From: an uncultured Chloroflexia bacterium
GTDB taxonomy: Bacteria > Chloroflexota > Limnocylindria > Limnocylindrales > CSP1-4
Reading direction: 5' to 3'
NCBI GenBank assembly: GCA_963748625.1
Contig: CAVVJT010000008.1
Coordinates: 64,001 to 128,000 of the forward strand
DNA length: 64,000 nt
Shown piece after piece: positions 30,869-43,880 of the stretch (position 1 is the stretch's first letter; each line of letters starts with the position of its first letter). The position numbers and the translations under genes are program-made. A model generated the notes under the pieces. That model saw nothing but the letters and a program-made list of their open reading frames with translations, made no database searches and was not told where the DNA came from.

Positions 30869-33800
30869 ATGGCCGTGTGGGCGAACATGGGGACCTCGGT
30901 CGACCTCGGGAGGATTCCACGCGTGCTCCGGCGCCTGCTCACCGCATCGTTCATCACCTTGCTGATCGCCGGGGCGCTGCCCGCCGGCGTCCTTGCCGTC
31001 GCCCCGGTCGCGACGCCGCAGTCGGTGACCACCGATGAGGACACCGGCGTGGCGATCACCCTCGCCGGTACCGACGCTGAGCTTGACCCCCTGACGTTCG
31101 ACGTCGTCGCGGGACCTGCCCACGGTTCCCTAACCGGCACCGCGCCCGACCTCACCTACACGCCTGCCACCAACTTCAACGGGCCTGACAGCTTCACGTT
31201 CACGGCCAACGACGGGACGGAAGACTCGGGCCCGGCCACCGTCGACATCACCGTGAACCCGGTCAACGATCCGCCCGTCGCCGTGGACGATCCGGGGACG
31301 GCGTGCGGGCCCCTGAGCAGCTTCGGTGGATCCTTCCCGATCCCGGAAGACTGGAGCGGCGGCTCCGTCGGGTATGAAGGCTGGTTCGCCCTCGTCGGCA
31401 GCTGTGCTCCGATGCGCAATGACACCGATCCTGATGGCGACGAGCTGACCTTCGAGCTTGTCGGCGACCCGGCTCATGGTGACGCCACCTTCCTGCCCGA
31501 CGGCTTCCTCGCCTACGATCCGGCCCCTGACTACAGCACGCCTGGCGGCGATCAGCCCGGTGGCACATGGGTCTCCGACACCATCCACTACCGCGTGTTC
31601 GACGGGAACCTCTACTCCGACACCGCGAGCTACCGGCTCTGGGTCTCTCCCGTCAACGACGCTCCGAGCTTCACGGCCGGACCGGATGTGACCGTGAACG
31701 AGGACTCGGGCGCGTACGTTGGAGCGTGGGCGAGCGACATCGATCCAGGCCCCAACGATGGCTACCAGACGGTCGATTTCGTCATCGACGCCGTCTCCAA
31801 CCCCTCCCTGTTCGCGTCGGCGCCCTCGATCTCCTCCACCGGCGTCCTCTCCTTCAAGCCCGCTCTGGACCTGTACGGCCTGTCAACGGTCACGGTCCAT
31901 GCGCAGGACGACGGAGGTTTGGAAGACTACGGCGTGGCTAGCGTGAGCCCGGACGACACGTCGGACTCCGTCGTCTTCACCATCTCGGTCACGCCGATCA
32001 ACGATGCGCCGGCACCCGCGGACACCTCGTCCACGATGCCGTGGGGCTTCACGTCGTTGATCAGCCTCTCCGCCTCCGACGCCGAAGGCGACGCCACCAC
32101 CGCCTTTGCCCTGGTCACCACTCCCGAGCACGGCGACGTGACCATCGATCCCGCCCCGTTCGACTGCGACGGCCAGATGCCCAACGTGTGCACAGGGCCC
32201 GCCCTCTACACGCCGGACCTGGGGTACACCGGACCGGACAGCTTCACCTACACCGCGACTGACGGCACCGACACGTCCGCGCCCGCCACGGTCAGCATCA
32301 CCGTGACCGACAACGCGGCCCCTGTCTGCGATGACGCATCCAGCACCGGCCCCGAGGAAGCCGCGCAAGGCGGCAACCTCACGTGCTCGGACGCCGAGAA
32401 CGAGGAGCTCACGTACAGCCCGGTCACCGGGGCGTCGAACGGCGCGGCGATCGTCGCGCCGGACGGCTCCTGGGGCTACCAGCCGAACGCCAACTTCTCC
32501 GGCACCGACTCATTCACCTTCCAGGCGACCGATGCCAACGGCGTGTCGAACACGGCGACCATGTCGATCACGGTCAATGGGGTGAACGATGTCCCGGTCT
32601 GCACCGGGTTCGCACCGGCCGCCGTCGCCGAGGACACCCAGCAGTCCGGCACGATCACGACCTGCGCGGACGTCGAGACCGGCACCCTCACGTACTCGAA
32701 GGTCGGCGACCCGCTCCACGGCTCGGCCGCGGTCAACGCCGACGGCTCCTGGACCTACACGCCGGCCGCCAACTACAACGGCACCGACTCTCTCACCTTC
32801 AGGGCGTCGGATGGCACGGCCTTCTCCGGTACGGCAACGATCTCCATCACCGTCACGCCGGTGAACGACGCACCGGTCGCGACCGCGGCAGCGGTCACCA
32901 CGAGCGAGGACACGTCAAAGGCGATCACCCTCGCCGGCTCGGATGTGGAGTCCTCCCCGCTCACCTACAGCGTCGTCACGTGGCCGACGCACGGCACCCT
33001 CAGCGGGATCGCGCCCAACCTCACCTACACCCCCGCGGCGAACTACCACGGTCCCGACAGCTTCACGTTCAAGGTCAACGACGGGGCGCTCGACTCCGCT
33101 CCCGCCACCGTGTCCCTCACCGTCACTCCGGTCAACGACGCACCGGTCTGCACCGGCGCCACCGGGACTGGGGCCGAGGACACGCTGCAATCCGGAACCC
33201 TGGGCCCCTGCAGCGATGTCGACGGCAACACGCTGGCCTACAGCCGGGTCGCCAATGCCGCGCACGGTAGCGCGACGGTGGCGGCGAACGGTGATTGGAC
33301 CTACACCCCCGTAGCGAACTACACCGGCTTGGACAGCTTCGCGTTCCGCGCCACCGACGGCATCCTCAACTCGGCCAGTACCACCGTGTCGATCACGGTC
33401 ACGCCCGTCAACGACGCGCCGGTCGCGACCGCGGCCGCGGTCACCACGGCCGAGGACACGTCGAAGGCGATCACCCTCGCCGGCTCGGATGTGGAGTCCT
33501 CCCCGCTCACCTTCACGGTCGTGACGCTGCCCGCCGCACGGCACCCTGAGCGGGATCGCGCCCAACCTCACCTACACGCCGGCGGCGAACTACCACGGTC
33601 CCGACAGCATCACGTTCAAGGTCAACGACGGGGCGCTCGACTCCGCTCCCGCCACCGTGTCCATCACGGTCACGTCCGTCAACGACGCGCCCGACGCCCG
33701 TTCGGAGGCCTCCGGGTTCGGCGGATTCCCGTACGTGGCCGCCACGACAGCCACCACGCTCAACGTCCTCGCCAACGACACATCGGGGCCCAAGGTCGAC

Positions 33801-34691
33801 GGTGAAACCTCAGAGCCAGCCGATCCGATCACGATCACCGCGGTGACCGGCGCGGGCCGCGGGACGGTGTCGATCCTGCCTGGCGGCACAGCGCTCGCCT
33901 ACGACCCCCGCGGCTGCCTGACCGGCGACGACGTGTTCACGTACACGGTGACCGACGGCCAAGGCCTGACGGACACGGCGACGGTGGCGATCACGGTGGT
34001 CCGCCCGGGCAGTGGCGGTCTCGGCAACGCCCCGATCACCGACGTGCCGTCAGTCGGGCTGCGGTCGGGCGCCAGCATCGGGCGCACGGTCCCGGTGCGC
34101 GTCAGCTGGTGCGGCGTGGTGAAGAGCACCTCGAAGGTCAAGAGCTACCGCGTGGAGCAGAGCGCCAGCGCCGGTGCCTCGTGGCCGACGCTGGTCACGA
34201 GGTCGACCACCGCCACCTCCAGCAGCCGGTCCATCGGCACAACGGGAACCTATGCGTGGCGTGTCAGGACCACCGACACCTCGTCCCGCACCGGCGCCTA
34301 CCGCGCCTCCGCAACGGCGAAAGCCGCGATCCGCCAGGAGACCGCGGCCGCGTCCGTCGTCTACGCGGGCGCATGGAGGACCTCATCCGCAAGCAAGGCG
34401 TCCGGTGGGACGATGCGCTCAGCGACCTCGACATCGTCCTCGGTGACGATGACAGTCGCGGCGGGCACCCGGCAGGTGGGCATCGTCGCACCGAAGGGTT
34501 CCGGGTACGGCAGCTTCAAGGTCTGGGTGGACGGGGTGTACGCGGGCTCGTTCAGTGAGCGCGCGTCCTCGGCGTCGTACAGGCGGATCCTGTTCGTGCG
34601 ATCGGTCAATCCGGGAACGGCCCACACGATCGTCCTCAAGCCGGCCGGCAACGGGCGGGTGTACCTCGACGCGCTCGTCACTCTCCAGTAG
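30869..34691 (+). CDS. Large secreted surface protein with tandem Ig-like/cadherin-like (Big_9/tandem-95) repeats; frameshift near 33533
   Basis: Signal peptide; repeated YTP..NY.G.DSFTF...TV.PVNDAP. ORF 30869..33805 continues in ORF 33657..34691 with a C-terminal Ser/Thr-rich beta domain. Confidence 0.88.
32852..33690 (+). repeat. Recent intragenic duplication of one about 290-bp Ig module (about 32852-33148 and 33398-33690)
   Basis: Near-identical DNA; the second copy carries the extra base causing the frameshift. Confidence 0.85.
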
Positions 34692-34815
34692 CTCGTCGGC
34701 AGGAGGGGACGGTCGCGGATCAGGGTACCCGCGCGGCCCCGCGCCGCTGGCCCCCGTCGTTGGCCCTCGCCCATGCCGGTGCGCGCCGGGCGCGCCTACG
34801 GGAGCGTGACCCGTC

Positions 34816-34893
34816 ATTCCTGCGCGCCCAGCGCGCAGCTCCGCGCCTCCCAGACCCGGGGAGCGTCGATTCGCACGCCAGGCGCGCAGGAAT
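34816..34893. repeat. 13-bp perfect inverted repeat around 52 bp
   Basis: ATTCCTGCGCGCC ... GGCGCGCAGGAAT; GGGAGCC-type heptamer repeats follow at about 34958-35040. Confidence 0.75.
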
Positions 34894-35114
34894 TGCAGGG
34901 CACCCGCCCGTACGCACGCTGGCCGCGCATCCGGGCCGTGGCCGCGCATCCCCGGGCGGGAGCCGGGAGCCGGGGCGGGAGCCGGGAGCCGGAGCCGAGC
35001 ATCCCCGGGCCGGGGGCCGGAGTCGGGAGCCGGAGTCGGGCCAGCACCGACGCTTGGCGGCCGGCGAAGGTTGCGGGACAGGGGTCGACCCTGTTTCGGA
35101 TCGCCTGTGCCCTC

Positions 35115-35123
35115 TGGTATAGT
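35115..35123 (+). promoter_or_regulatory. Extended -10 (TGgTATAGT) of the atp operon
   Basis: Near-consensus hexamer about 25 nt upstream of the first atp gene. Confidence 0.65.
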
Positions 35124-35146
35124 TCCCGCGCGGTGAACGGTCGCGC

Positions 35147-35362
35147 ATGAACACCGATTTCGGAGGCATGCTTGCCCTCTTCTCCGAGATCGGCCTGGTC
35201 CTCCTTGTGACGACCCTCGCCGGAGTTGCGGCGGGCTACTGGGCGGACCAGCAGCTCGGGACGGGTTGGGTCTTCGTCCTCATCGGCTTCCTGGCCGGTG
35301 CAGGTCTCGGGGCCTTCACGATCCACCGCCTGGTGACACGGTTCCTGAAGCGGTTCGACTGA
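35147..35362 (+). CDS. AtpZ/AtpI family protein
   Basis: Two TM helices, G..AGYWAD..LGT pattern; first gene of the atp operon. Confidence 0.85.
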   Translation: MNTDFGGMLALFSEIGLVLLVTTLAGVAAGYWADQQLGTGWVFVLIGFLAGAGLGAFTIHRLVTRFLKRFD

Positions 35363-35461
35363 CCGGCCACGGAACGGGCACGGATGGGCATGCGTGGCCG
35401 CTGGCCGCGCTGCTGCTTGGAGGAACCTGAGGCGCATGACCAGGACGGAGGGAGAGGCCGG

Positions 35462-36430
35462 ATGAAGCGCTGGCATCGCGTCGTGCTCGTCATCCTCGCC
35501 ATCCTCGCGATCGACGTCATCGCCTACATCGTGTTCCCGCCCTTCGACCCGATCAACACCGACGCGGTCGAGTGCGTCTACCCGGTCTGCTTCATCAACG
35601 GCAACCTCGAGCTGCCGGCTCCCCACGTGGTCTTCCCACCGGGCCACCACAGCCCGCCGGGCCTCGTGGTGTTCGACGTCAGCATCTCGTCCACGCTCCT
35701 CACCCTGTGGATCGTGGCCGTCGTCGTGATCGTCGCGTTCTGGCTCTCGGCGCGGAAGGCCAGGATGATCCCCAGCAGGCGCCAGAACATCGTCGAGTGG
35801 ATCTTCGAGTCCGTCGCGAACTTCGGCATGTCGATCGGCGGCCCGGGCGCCAAGCCCTACATCCCGCTGTTCGTCGCGTTCTTCCTGCTGATCCTGTTCA
35901 GCAACTGGTCGGGCCTGATCCCGGGTGTCGGCCGCGTGATCTGGTTCCGCGCCCCCACCTCGGACGTCAACGTCACCATCGGCCTCGCCCTCGTCGCCTT
36001 CGTCTTCTTCCAGGTCCAGGGCTTCAAGCACCTGGGCTTCGGGTACCTCGGCAAGTTCTTCCCGCTGTACGAGTTCAAGAAGGGCATCGGCGCGGGCCTG
36101 ATCGCCATGTTCGTGGGCATCGTCGAGCTCCTGCTGGAGTTCGTGAAGCCGGTCACGCTGTCAATGCGACTCTTCGGCAACATCTACGGCGGCGAGGTGG
36201 CGCTGGGCGTCCTGACCGCGCTCACCGTTGCCCTCATCCCCCTCGCGATGTACGCCCTCGAGGTCATGCTGAACCTCGTCCAGGCGCTCATCTTCAGCAC
36301 GCTCACGCTCATGTTCACCCTGGCGGCGATCGAGCATCACTCCGATGACGCGCACGAGAGCCACGGGGAGCCCACGGAGCCCGTCGCCTGGCCGGTCGAT
36401 CCGGACCAGGTCGTCGGCGCGGCTCACTGA
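35462..36430 (+). CDS. atpB: ATP synthase F0 subunit a
   Basis: PSRRQNIVE, APTSDVN, TLSMRLFGNI, QALIFSTLT. Confidence 0.96.
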   Translation: MKRWHRVVLVILAILAIDVIAYIVFPPFDPINTDAVECVYPVCFINGNLELPAPHVVFPPGHHSPPGLVVFDVSISSTLLTLWIVAVVVIVAFWLSARKARMIPSRRQNIVEWIFESVANFGMSIGGPGAKPYIPLFVAFFLLILFSNWSGLIPGVGRVIWFRAPTSDVNVTIGLALVAFVFFQVQGFKHLGFGYLGKFFPLYEFKKGIGAGLIAMFVGIVELLLEFVKPVTLSMRLFGNIYGGEVALGVLTALTVALIPLAMYALEVMLNLVQALIFSTLTLMFTLAAIEHHSDDAHESHGEPTEPVAWPVDPDQVVGAAH

Positions 36431-36486
36431 TCAACTTCGGCACCTGAACCCGGCCAACCCCCGGGTCGCATGGAGGGTTTCTCGCA

Positions 36487-36705
36487 ATGGACCTCGGACC
36501 TCTCGGCGCCGGCATCGCCGCTCTTGGCGTTCTTGGCCCCGGCATCGGCATCGGCATCCTCGCCGGCATGTCGAGCAGCGCGATCGGGCGCAACCCTGAC
36601 GCTGCCGGCCAGATCCGCGGCCTGGCGATCATCCTCGCGGCGTTCGCCGAGGGCCTTGGCGTGCTCGCGATCGTCGTCGGCCTCCTCGCGATCTTCGCGG
36701 CGTAG
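36487..36705 (+). CDS. atpE: ATP synthase F0 subunit c
   Basis: GxGxGxG, RNP loop, FAEGL. Confidence 0.97.
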   Translation: MDLGPLGAGIAALGVLGPGIGIGILAGMSSSAIGRNPDAAGQIRGLAIILAAFAEGLGVLAIVVGLLAIFAA

Positions 36706-36713
36706 TCCAGGCC

Positions 36714-37292
36714 GTGGACATCCTCACCCTGGTCCGGGACGGCGTCCGACAGGTCGTCGTGCTCGCAGCTGAGGAGGGCGGCGAGGCGGCCGCGGAGCCG
36801 TTCCAGATCAACGTGTTCTGGATCATCGTCGCGGCGACGACGTTCATCCTGTTCTTCGTCCTGATCCGTGAGTTCGCCCTCGCTGGTCTGCAGAAGACCC
36901 TTGACGAGCGCGCAGAGCGCATCGAGCAGGGCCTCAAGGACGCGGAGCAGGCCCGTCGTGACCGCGAGTCGGCCGAGCAGGAGCGGCTTGTCGCCCTGCA
37001 GGAGGCCCGCCGGGAGGCGAACGAGATCATCAACCGCGCCCAGAAGGTCGCTGCCGACGCACGCGAGCTCGATATGGCGGCAACCCGCGAGGAGCTTGCC
37101 CGCCTGAAGGAGCGCGCGTCCGCGGAGATCGAGGCCGAGAAGCAGCGGGCGATCGCGGAGCTGCGAGGCGAGGTCACCGACCTTGCCCTCAAGGCCGCCG
37201 GTCGCGTGGTCGGTGAGGAGATGACCTCCGACCGCCAGCGCAAGCTGGTCGCCGACTTCCTGGCCGAAACCGCGGCCAGCTCGAGGAACTGA
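36714..37292 (+). CDS. atpF: ATP synthase F0 subunit b
   Basis: TM helix plus coiled coil (LDERAERIE), operon position. Confidence 0.95.
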   Translation: MDILTLVRDGVRQVVVLAAEEGGEAAAEPFQINVFWIIVAATTFILFFVLIREFALAGLQKTLDERAERIEQGLKDAEQARRDRESAEQERLVALQEARREANEIINRAQKVAADARELDMAATREELARLKERASAEIEAEKQRAIAELRGEVTDLALKAAGRVVGEEMTSDRQRKLVADFLAETAASSRN

Positions 37293-37843
37293 TGAGCAGG
37301 CCCGTTGCCGCCACCCGGCGCTACGCGGAGGCCGCCTTCCAGGTGGCCCTCGCGGAGAGCTCGCTCGACCGCTGGCAGGCGGATCTCGCCACAGCGGCCG
37401 ACATGCTCGCGCGCCCCGAGGTCGAGCAGGCCGTCACCAGCCCCGCCATTCCCCTCGTCCAGCGCCAGGCCGTGGTGTCCGCGCTCCTGGAGAGCCGGAT
37501 CTCCCCCGCGGCGCTGCGGCTCGTCAACCTTCTTGTCAGCCGCGGGCGGGGCGATGCGCTCCCCGGCGTCAGCGAGGAGTACAACCGCCAGCTCAACGCC
37601 CACCGCGGTGTGGTGGAGGCCACGGTCACCAGTGCCGTGCCGCTCACCGCGGACGAGACCGCCGCGATCCGGAGCCGGGTCGAGGCGATGGCCGGGGCAA
37701 AGATCGACCTCACGCAAGCGGTCGATCCCAGCCTGATCGGCGGCCTGACCATCCAGGTCCGCGACCGGCTCCTCGACGCCTCGATCCGTGGCCGCCTGGA
37801 GCGGCTGCGGGACCAGCTCAACAGCGGGGGACGCCTCCGCTAG
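37292..37843 (+). CDS. atpH: ATP synthase F1 subunit delta
   Basis: [29 protein letters not shown]. Confidence 0.95.
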   Translation: MSRPVAATRRYAEAAFQVALAESSLDRWQADLATAADMLARPEVEQAVTSPAIPLVQRQAVVSALLESRISPAALRLVNLLVSRGRGDALPGVSEEYNRQLNAHRGVVEATVTSAVPLTADETAAIRSRVEAMAGAKIDLTQAVDPSLIGGLTIQVRDRLLDASIRGRLERLRDQLNSGGRLR

Positions 37844-37916
37844 CCCCCGCCACGCGTCGGCTCCAGCCGGCGCGAATGGGAGCCTGCGAACGTCCGATCG
37901 CCCGAACGGAGACGCC

Positions 37917-39449
37917 ATGGCCATCCGGTCAGACGAGATCATCAGCATCATCAAGAGCCAGATCGAGGACTTCGACGGCGCCACCGAGACCCGGAGTGTC
38001 GGGACGGTCGTCGAGGTCGGTGACGGCATCGCCCAGATCTACGGCCTGGACGCGGCCCTGTCGTCCGAGCTGCTCGAGTTCCCCGGCGGGGTGATGGGCA
38101 TGGCCCTCAACCTTGCGGAGGAGACGGTCGGCGCGGTCATCCTGGGTGACGCGACCCACATCAAGGAAGGCGACCGCGTCCGGACCACGGGCCGCGTCGT
38201 CGAGGTCCCCGTCGGCGAGGCCCTGCTGGGCCGCGTCGTGGATCCGCTCGGCCGCCCGCTTGACGGCAAGGGCGAGATCAAGGCGACCCGCACCCGCCCG
38301 GTGGAGCGCATCGCGCCCGGCGTCATCACGCGCAAGTCGGTCGACACGCCGGTGCAGACCGGCCTCAAGGCCGTCGACGCGCTGATCCCGATCGGCCGCG
38401 GCCAGCGCGAGCTCATCATCGGCGACCGCCAGACCGGCAAGACCGCCGTGGCGCTCGACACGATCATCAACCAGAAGGGCGGCGACCTCGTCTGCATCTA
38501 CGTGGCCATCGGCCAGAAGATGTCGACCGTCGCCCAGACCGTCGCGACGCTCGAGAAGTACGGCGCGATGGAGCACACCATCGTGGTCGTGGCAGGTGCC
38601 GAGGACCCGGCTCCGCTCCAGTACCTCGCCCCGTACTCCGGCGTGGCGATGGGCGAGGAGGTCATGGAGGCCGGCGTCGAGATCGGCGGCCGGCTCATCA
38701 AGGACGCGCTGTGCGTCTACGACGACCTCAGCAAGCACGCCTGGGCGTATCGCGAGATGGCCCTGCTCCTCCGCCGGCCGCCCGGCCGCGAGGCGTACCC
38801 CGGCGACGTCTTCTACCTCCACAGCCGCCTCCTCGAGCGGGCCGCGCGCCTGTCCGACGAGAACGGCGGTGGCTCGCTCACCGCGCTGCCCATCATCGAG
38901 ACGCAGGCGAACGATGTGTCCGCCTACATCCCGACGAACGTGATCTCGATCACGGACGGCCAGATCTTCCTCGAGACCGACCTGTTCAACGCCGGCCAGC
39001 GGCCCGCCATGAACATCGGCATCTCGGTCTCGCGCGTGGGTTCCGCGGCGCAGACCAAGGCGATGAAGAAGGTCGCAGGCCCGCTCAAGCTGGACCTCGC
39101 GCAGTACCGCGCCCTTGCGGCCTTCGCGCAGTTCGCAAGCGACCTGGACAAGGCCACGCGCGACCAGCTCAACCGCGGCGAGAAACTCTCCGAGATCATC
39201 AAGCAGCCGCAGTACCAGCCGCTCCCGGTCGAGAAGCAGGTCGCGATCCTCGTGGCCGCCACCACTGGCAAGCTCGACGACATCCCCACCCCCAAGGTGA
39301 AGGAGTTCGAGATCGGCCTGTACCGCTTCCTCGAGACCGAGCGGCCGGCGATCCTCACGGACCTCGCCGCGTCGAAGGCACTGTCCGACGACATCTCGGC
39401 AGCCCTCAACGAGGCCATCGACGCCTTCCGCCTGTCGTTCATGGCGTAA
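37917..39449 (+). CDS. atpA: ATP synthase F1 subunit alpha
   Basis: [33 protein letters not shown]. Confidence 0.98.
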   Translation: MAIRSDEIISIIKSQIEDFDGATETRSVGTVVEVGDGIAQIYGLDAALSSELLEFPGGVMGMALNLAEETVGAVILGDATHIKEGDRVRTTGRVVEVPVGEALLGRVVDPLGRPLDGKGEIKATRTRPVERIAPGVITRKSVDTPVQTGLKAVDALIPIGRGQRELIIGDRQTGKTAVALDTIINQKGGDLVCIYVAIGQKMSTVAQTVATLEKYGAMEHTIVVVAGAEDPAPLQYLAPYSGVAMGEEVMEAGVEIGGRLIKDALCVYDDLSKHAWAYREMALLLRRPPGREAYPGDVFYLHSRLLERAARLSDENGGGSLTALPIIETQANDVSAYIPTNVISITDGQIFLETDLFNAGQRPAMNIGISVSRVGSAAQTKAMKKVAGPLKLDLAQYRALAAFAQFASDLDKATRDQLNRGEKLSEIIKQPQYQPLPVEKQVAILVAATTGKLDDIPTPKVKEFEIGLYRFLETERPAILTDLAASKALSDDISAALNEAIDAFRLSFMA

Positions 39450-39464
39450 GGCGGAGGACAGGAC

Positions 39465-41767
<2,303 letters not shown>

Positions 41768-41794
41768 CAATGACCGCTCTCGCCCGCGTGTCGT

Positions 41795-42003
41795 CAACCG
41801 GCCGAGCCTTCGGCATGCCGGTTGCCGGCCACGTGGGCTACGCGGTCTCCCTCTCTACCACCGAGCTCCGCGCAGGCGCAGCGCGCATTGAGCGCACCTG
41901 CTCGGTCACCGGGAATCACAACGCAGGCGGCGCAGGCCGAGCGTGCGAAGGCGGCCTAGGCGAAGCCTCCAGCCGCCCTGAGCGCGTTCGGCCGAGAGCC
42001 GCC
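41795..42003. repeat. Highly structured palindromic insert between atpD and atpC
   Basis: Hairpins at 41795-41824, 41871-41901 and a nested stem at 41926-42003 capped by AGGC-GAA-GCCT. Confidence 0.7.
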
Positions 42004-42020
42004 GTGACTGGGAGCCACTG

Positions 42021-42449
42021 ATGCCGATGCAGCTGGAGATCGTGACGCCGGAGCGCCGCGTCTACGCGGACGAGGTCGACATGGTCCTCGTCCCGGGCAT
42101 CGAGGGCGAGATGGGCATCCTGCCCCACCACACCCCGCTCGTGTCCCTGCTAGGCATGGGCGAGCTCAAGATCCGCAAGGGCGGCGACGAGGAGAGCTTC
42201 GCCATCGTGGGCGGGTTCCTCCAGGTTGGCCCTGACAAGGTCGTCGTGATGGCGGAGACCGCCGACATGGCGTCCGAGATCGACCTCGAGAAGGCCCAGG
42301 AGGCCCGCCGCGAGGCGGAGCGCGCCCTGGAGTCCGGGTACCACGAGGGGGCGGACCTCGCCGCCGCTCGAGCCCAGCTCCAGCAGGCCCTGTTGCGCAT
42401 CCAGGTCGCCGAGCGCCGCCACCGGGAGGGCCCTCGCTCGCGGGGGTAG
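42021..42449 (+). CDS. atpC: ATP synthase F1 subunit epsilon
   Basis: LEIVTPE, GEMGILPHH, GGFLQV. Confidence 0.97.
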   Translation: MPMQLEIVTPERRVYADEVDMVLVPGIEGEMGILPHHTPLVSLLGMGELKIRKGGDEESFAIVGGFLQVGPDKVVVMAETADMASEIDLEKAQEARREAERALESGYHEGADLAAARAQLQQALLRIQVAERRHREGPRSRG

Positions 42450-42455
42450 ACACCC

Positions 42456-43787
42456 ATGGCTGACGCCCGGCCGTTCCACTGGGAGTTCGTCCCGGAGGCA
42501 CCGCCCCCGGAGGCGTTCCGCATCGAGGGCGGCCGGCCGCTCCGCGGGACGGTCCAGGTCTCCGGTGCCAAGAACGCGGCCCTCAAGCTGCTTGCCGCCG
42601 CCGTCCTCACGGGCGAGCGCTGCCGCTTCGAGAACGTCCCCGAGATCGAGGACGTCCGCGTCCTGTGCGACGTCCTCACCGACCTCGGCGTTGTGGTGGA
42701 CCATCCCGGGCACGGCGTCTACGAGATCGCCGCGGGTGACGTGGACTGGCTGTTCATCCCGCTCGAGGCCGCCGCCAAGATGCGCGCCTCGTTCATCCTG
42801 CTGGGCCCGCTCCTGGCCCGCTTCGGCCACGTGATCATCAGCAACCCGGGCGGCGACCGGATCGGGCGGCGGCCGGTGAACCTCCACGTGGACGCCATGC
42901 GGGCGCTGGGCGCGGATGTCGAGTACCGCAACGGCTACTACTACGCGAAGGCGCCCGGCCGGCTGCGCGGCGGCGAGGTGACCTTCCCGTTCGTGACCGT
43001 GATGGGCACGGAGAACGCGATGCTCGCGGCCACCCTCGCCGACGGGCACACGGTCATCCGCCCGGCCGCCCAGGAGCCGGAGGTGGACGACCTGATCGCC
43101 TTCCTCCAGGAGATGGGCGCCGATGTCGCGCGGACGGCACCCGACACGATCGAGGTCCACGGCAAGCGCCGCCTGCGCGGCGGCAGGCACAGCGTGGTCC
43201 CGGACCGCATCGAGACGGGCACGTTCATCGTTGCCGCGGCCGTCACCGGCGGCAGGCTGACCCTCGAGAACGCCGCCTGCCAGCACGTGGGCGCGCTTGT
43301 GGAGATCCTGGGCCGGGTGGGCGTCCCGGTCAGCTGCGGCGAGACCACCATCGAGGTCGATGCCACCGGCGTGCGCCCGGGCGACCTGCGCGCCTGCGAC
43401 ATCCAGACCGCCCCCTACCCGGGACTCGCCACCGACGTTGCCCCGCCCACCTGCGTCCTGCTGACCCAGGCCCACGGCACCAGCCACATCCACGAGGCGG
43501 TCTTCGAGGACCGGATCGAGTGGCTGGGCGAGCTCCGCAAGCTGGGCGCGCGGATCGACATCCTCGACGCCAAGCACGCCGACATCCACGGGCCGGCCAC
43601 GCTCCACGGCGGGGAGGCGTCCATCAGCGACCTTCGCGCGGGTGCCTCGCTGATCCTGGCCGCCCTGGCGGCGGACGGGGAGTCGCTGATCCACGGCGCC
43701 CACCACGTCCACCGCGGGTACGAGCACATCGACCGCAAGTTCCAGCAGCTCGGGGCGAGCATCGTCCGCACGGCGGATCGCGCCTGA
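42456..43787 (+). CDS. murA: UDP-N-acetylglucosamine 1-carboxyvinyltransferase
   Basis: SGAKNAA, MRAS, PGGDRIGRRP, PDRIETGT, DLRAG, RGYE. Confidence 0.96.
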   Translation: MADARPFHWEFVPEAPPPEAFRIEGGRPLRGTVQVSGAKNAALKLLAAAVLTGERCRFENVPEIEDVRVLCDVLTDLGVVVDHPGHGVYEIAAGDVDWLFIPLEAAAKMRASFILLGPLLARFGHVIISNPGGDRIGRRPVNLHVDAMRALGADVEYRNGYYYAKAPGRLRGGEVTFPFVTVMGTENAMLAATLADGHTVIRPAAQEPEVDDLIAFLQEMGADVARTAPDTIEVHGKRRLRGGRHSVVPDRIETGTFIVAAAVTGGRLTLENAACQHVGALVEILGRVGVPVSCGETTIEVDATGVRPGDLRACDIQTAPYPGLATDVAPPTCVLLTQAHGTSHIHEAVFEDRIEWLGELRKLGARIDILDAKHADIHGPATLHGGEASISDLRAGASLILAALAADGESLIHGAHHVHRGYEHIDRKFQQLGASIVRTADRA

Positions 43788-43880
43788 GGACCCTGCGCGC
43801 CCGCGCCAACCCGACCCATTCACGTCCCGGAGCCCGCCCGGCGGCCTCCGCGCCCCACTCGGAGTAGCATTCCCGCCGTC

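Noticed and set aside
36487-36705. Na+-translocating ATP synthase
   Set aside because: The c subunit has AEGL and lacks the Gln and ES/T sodium-binding signature.
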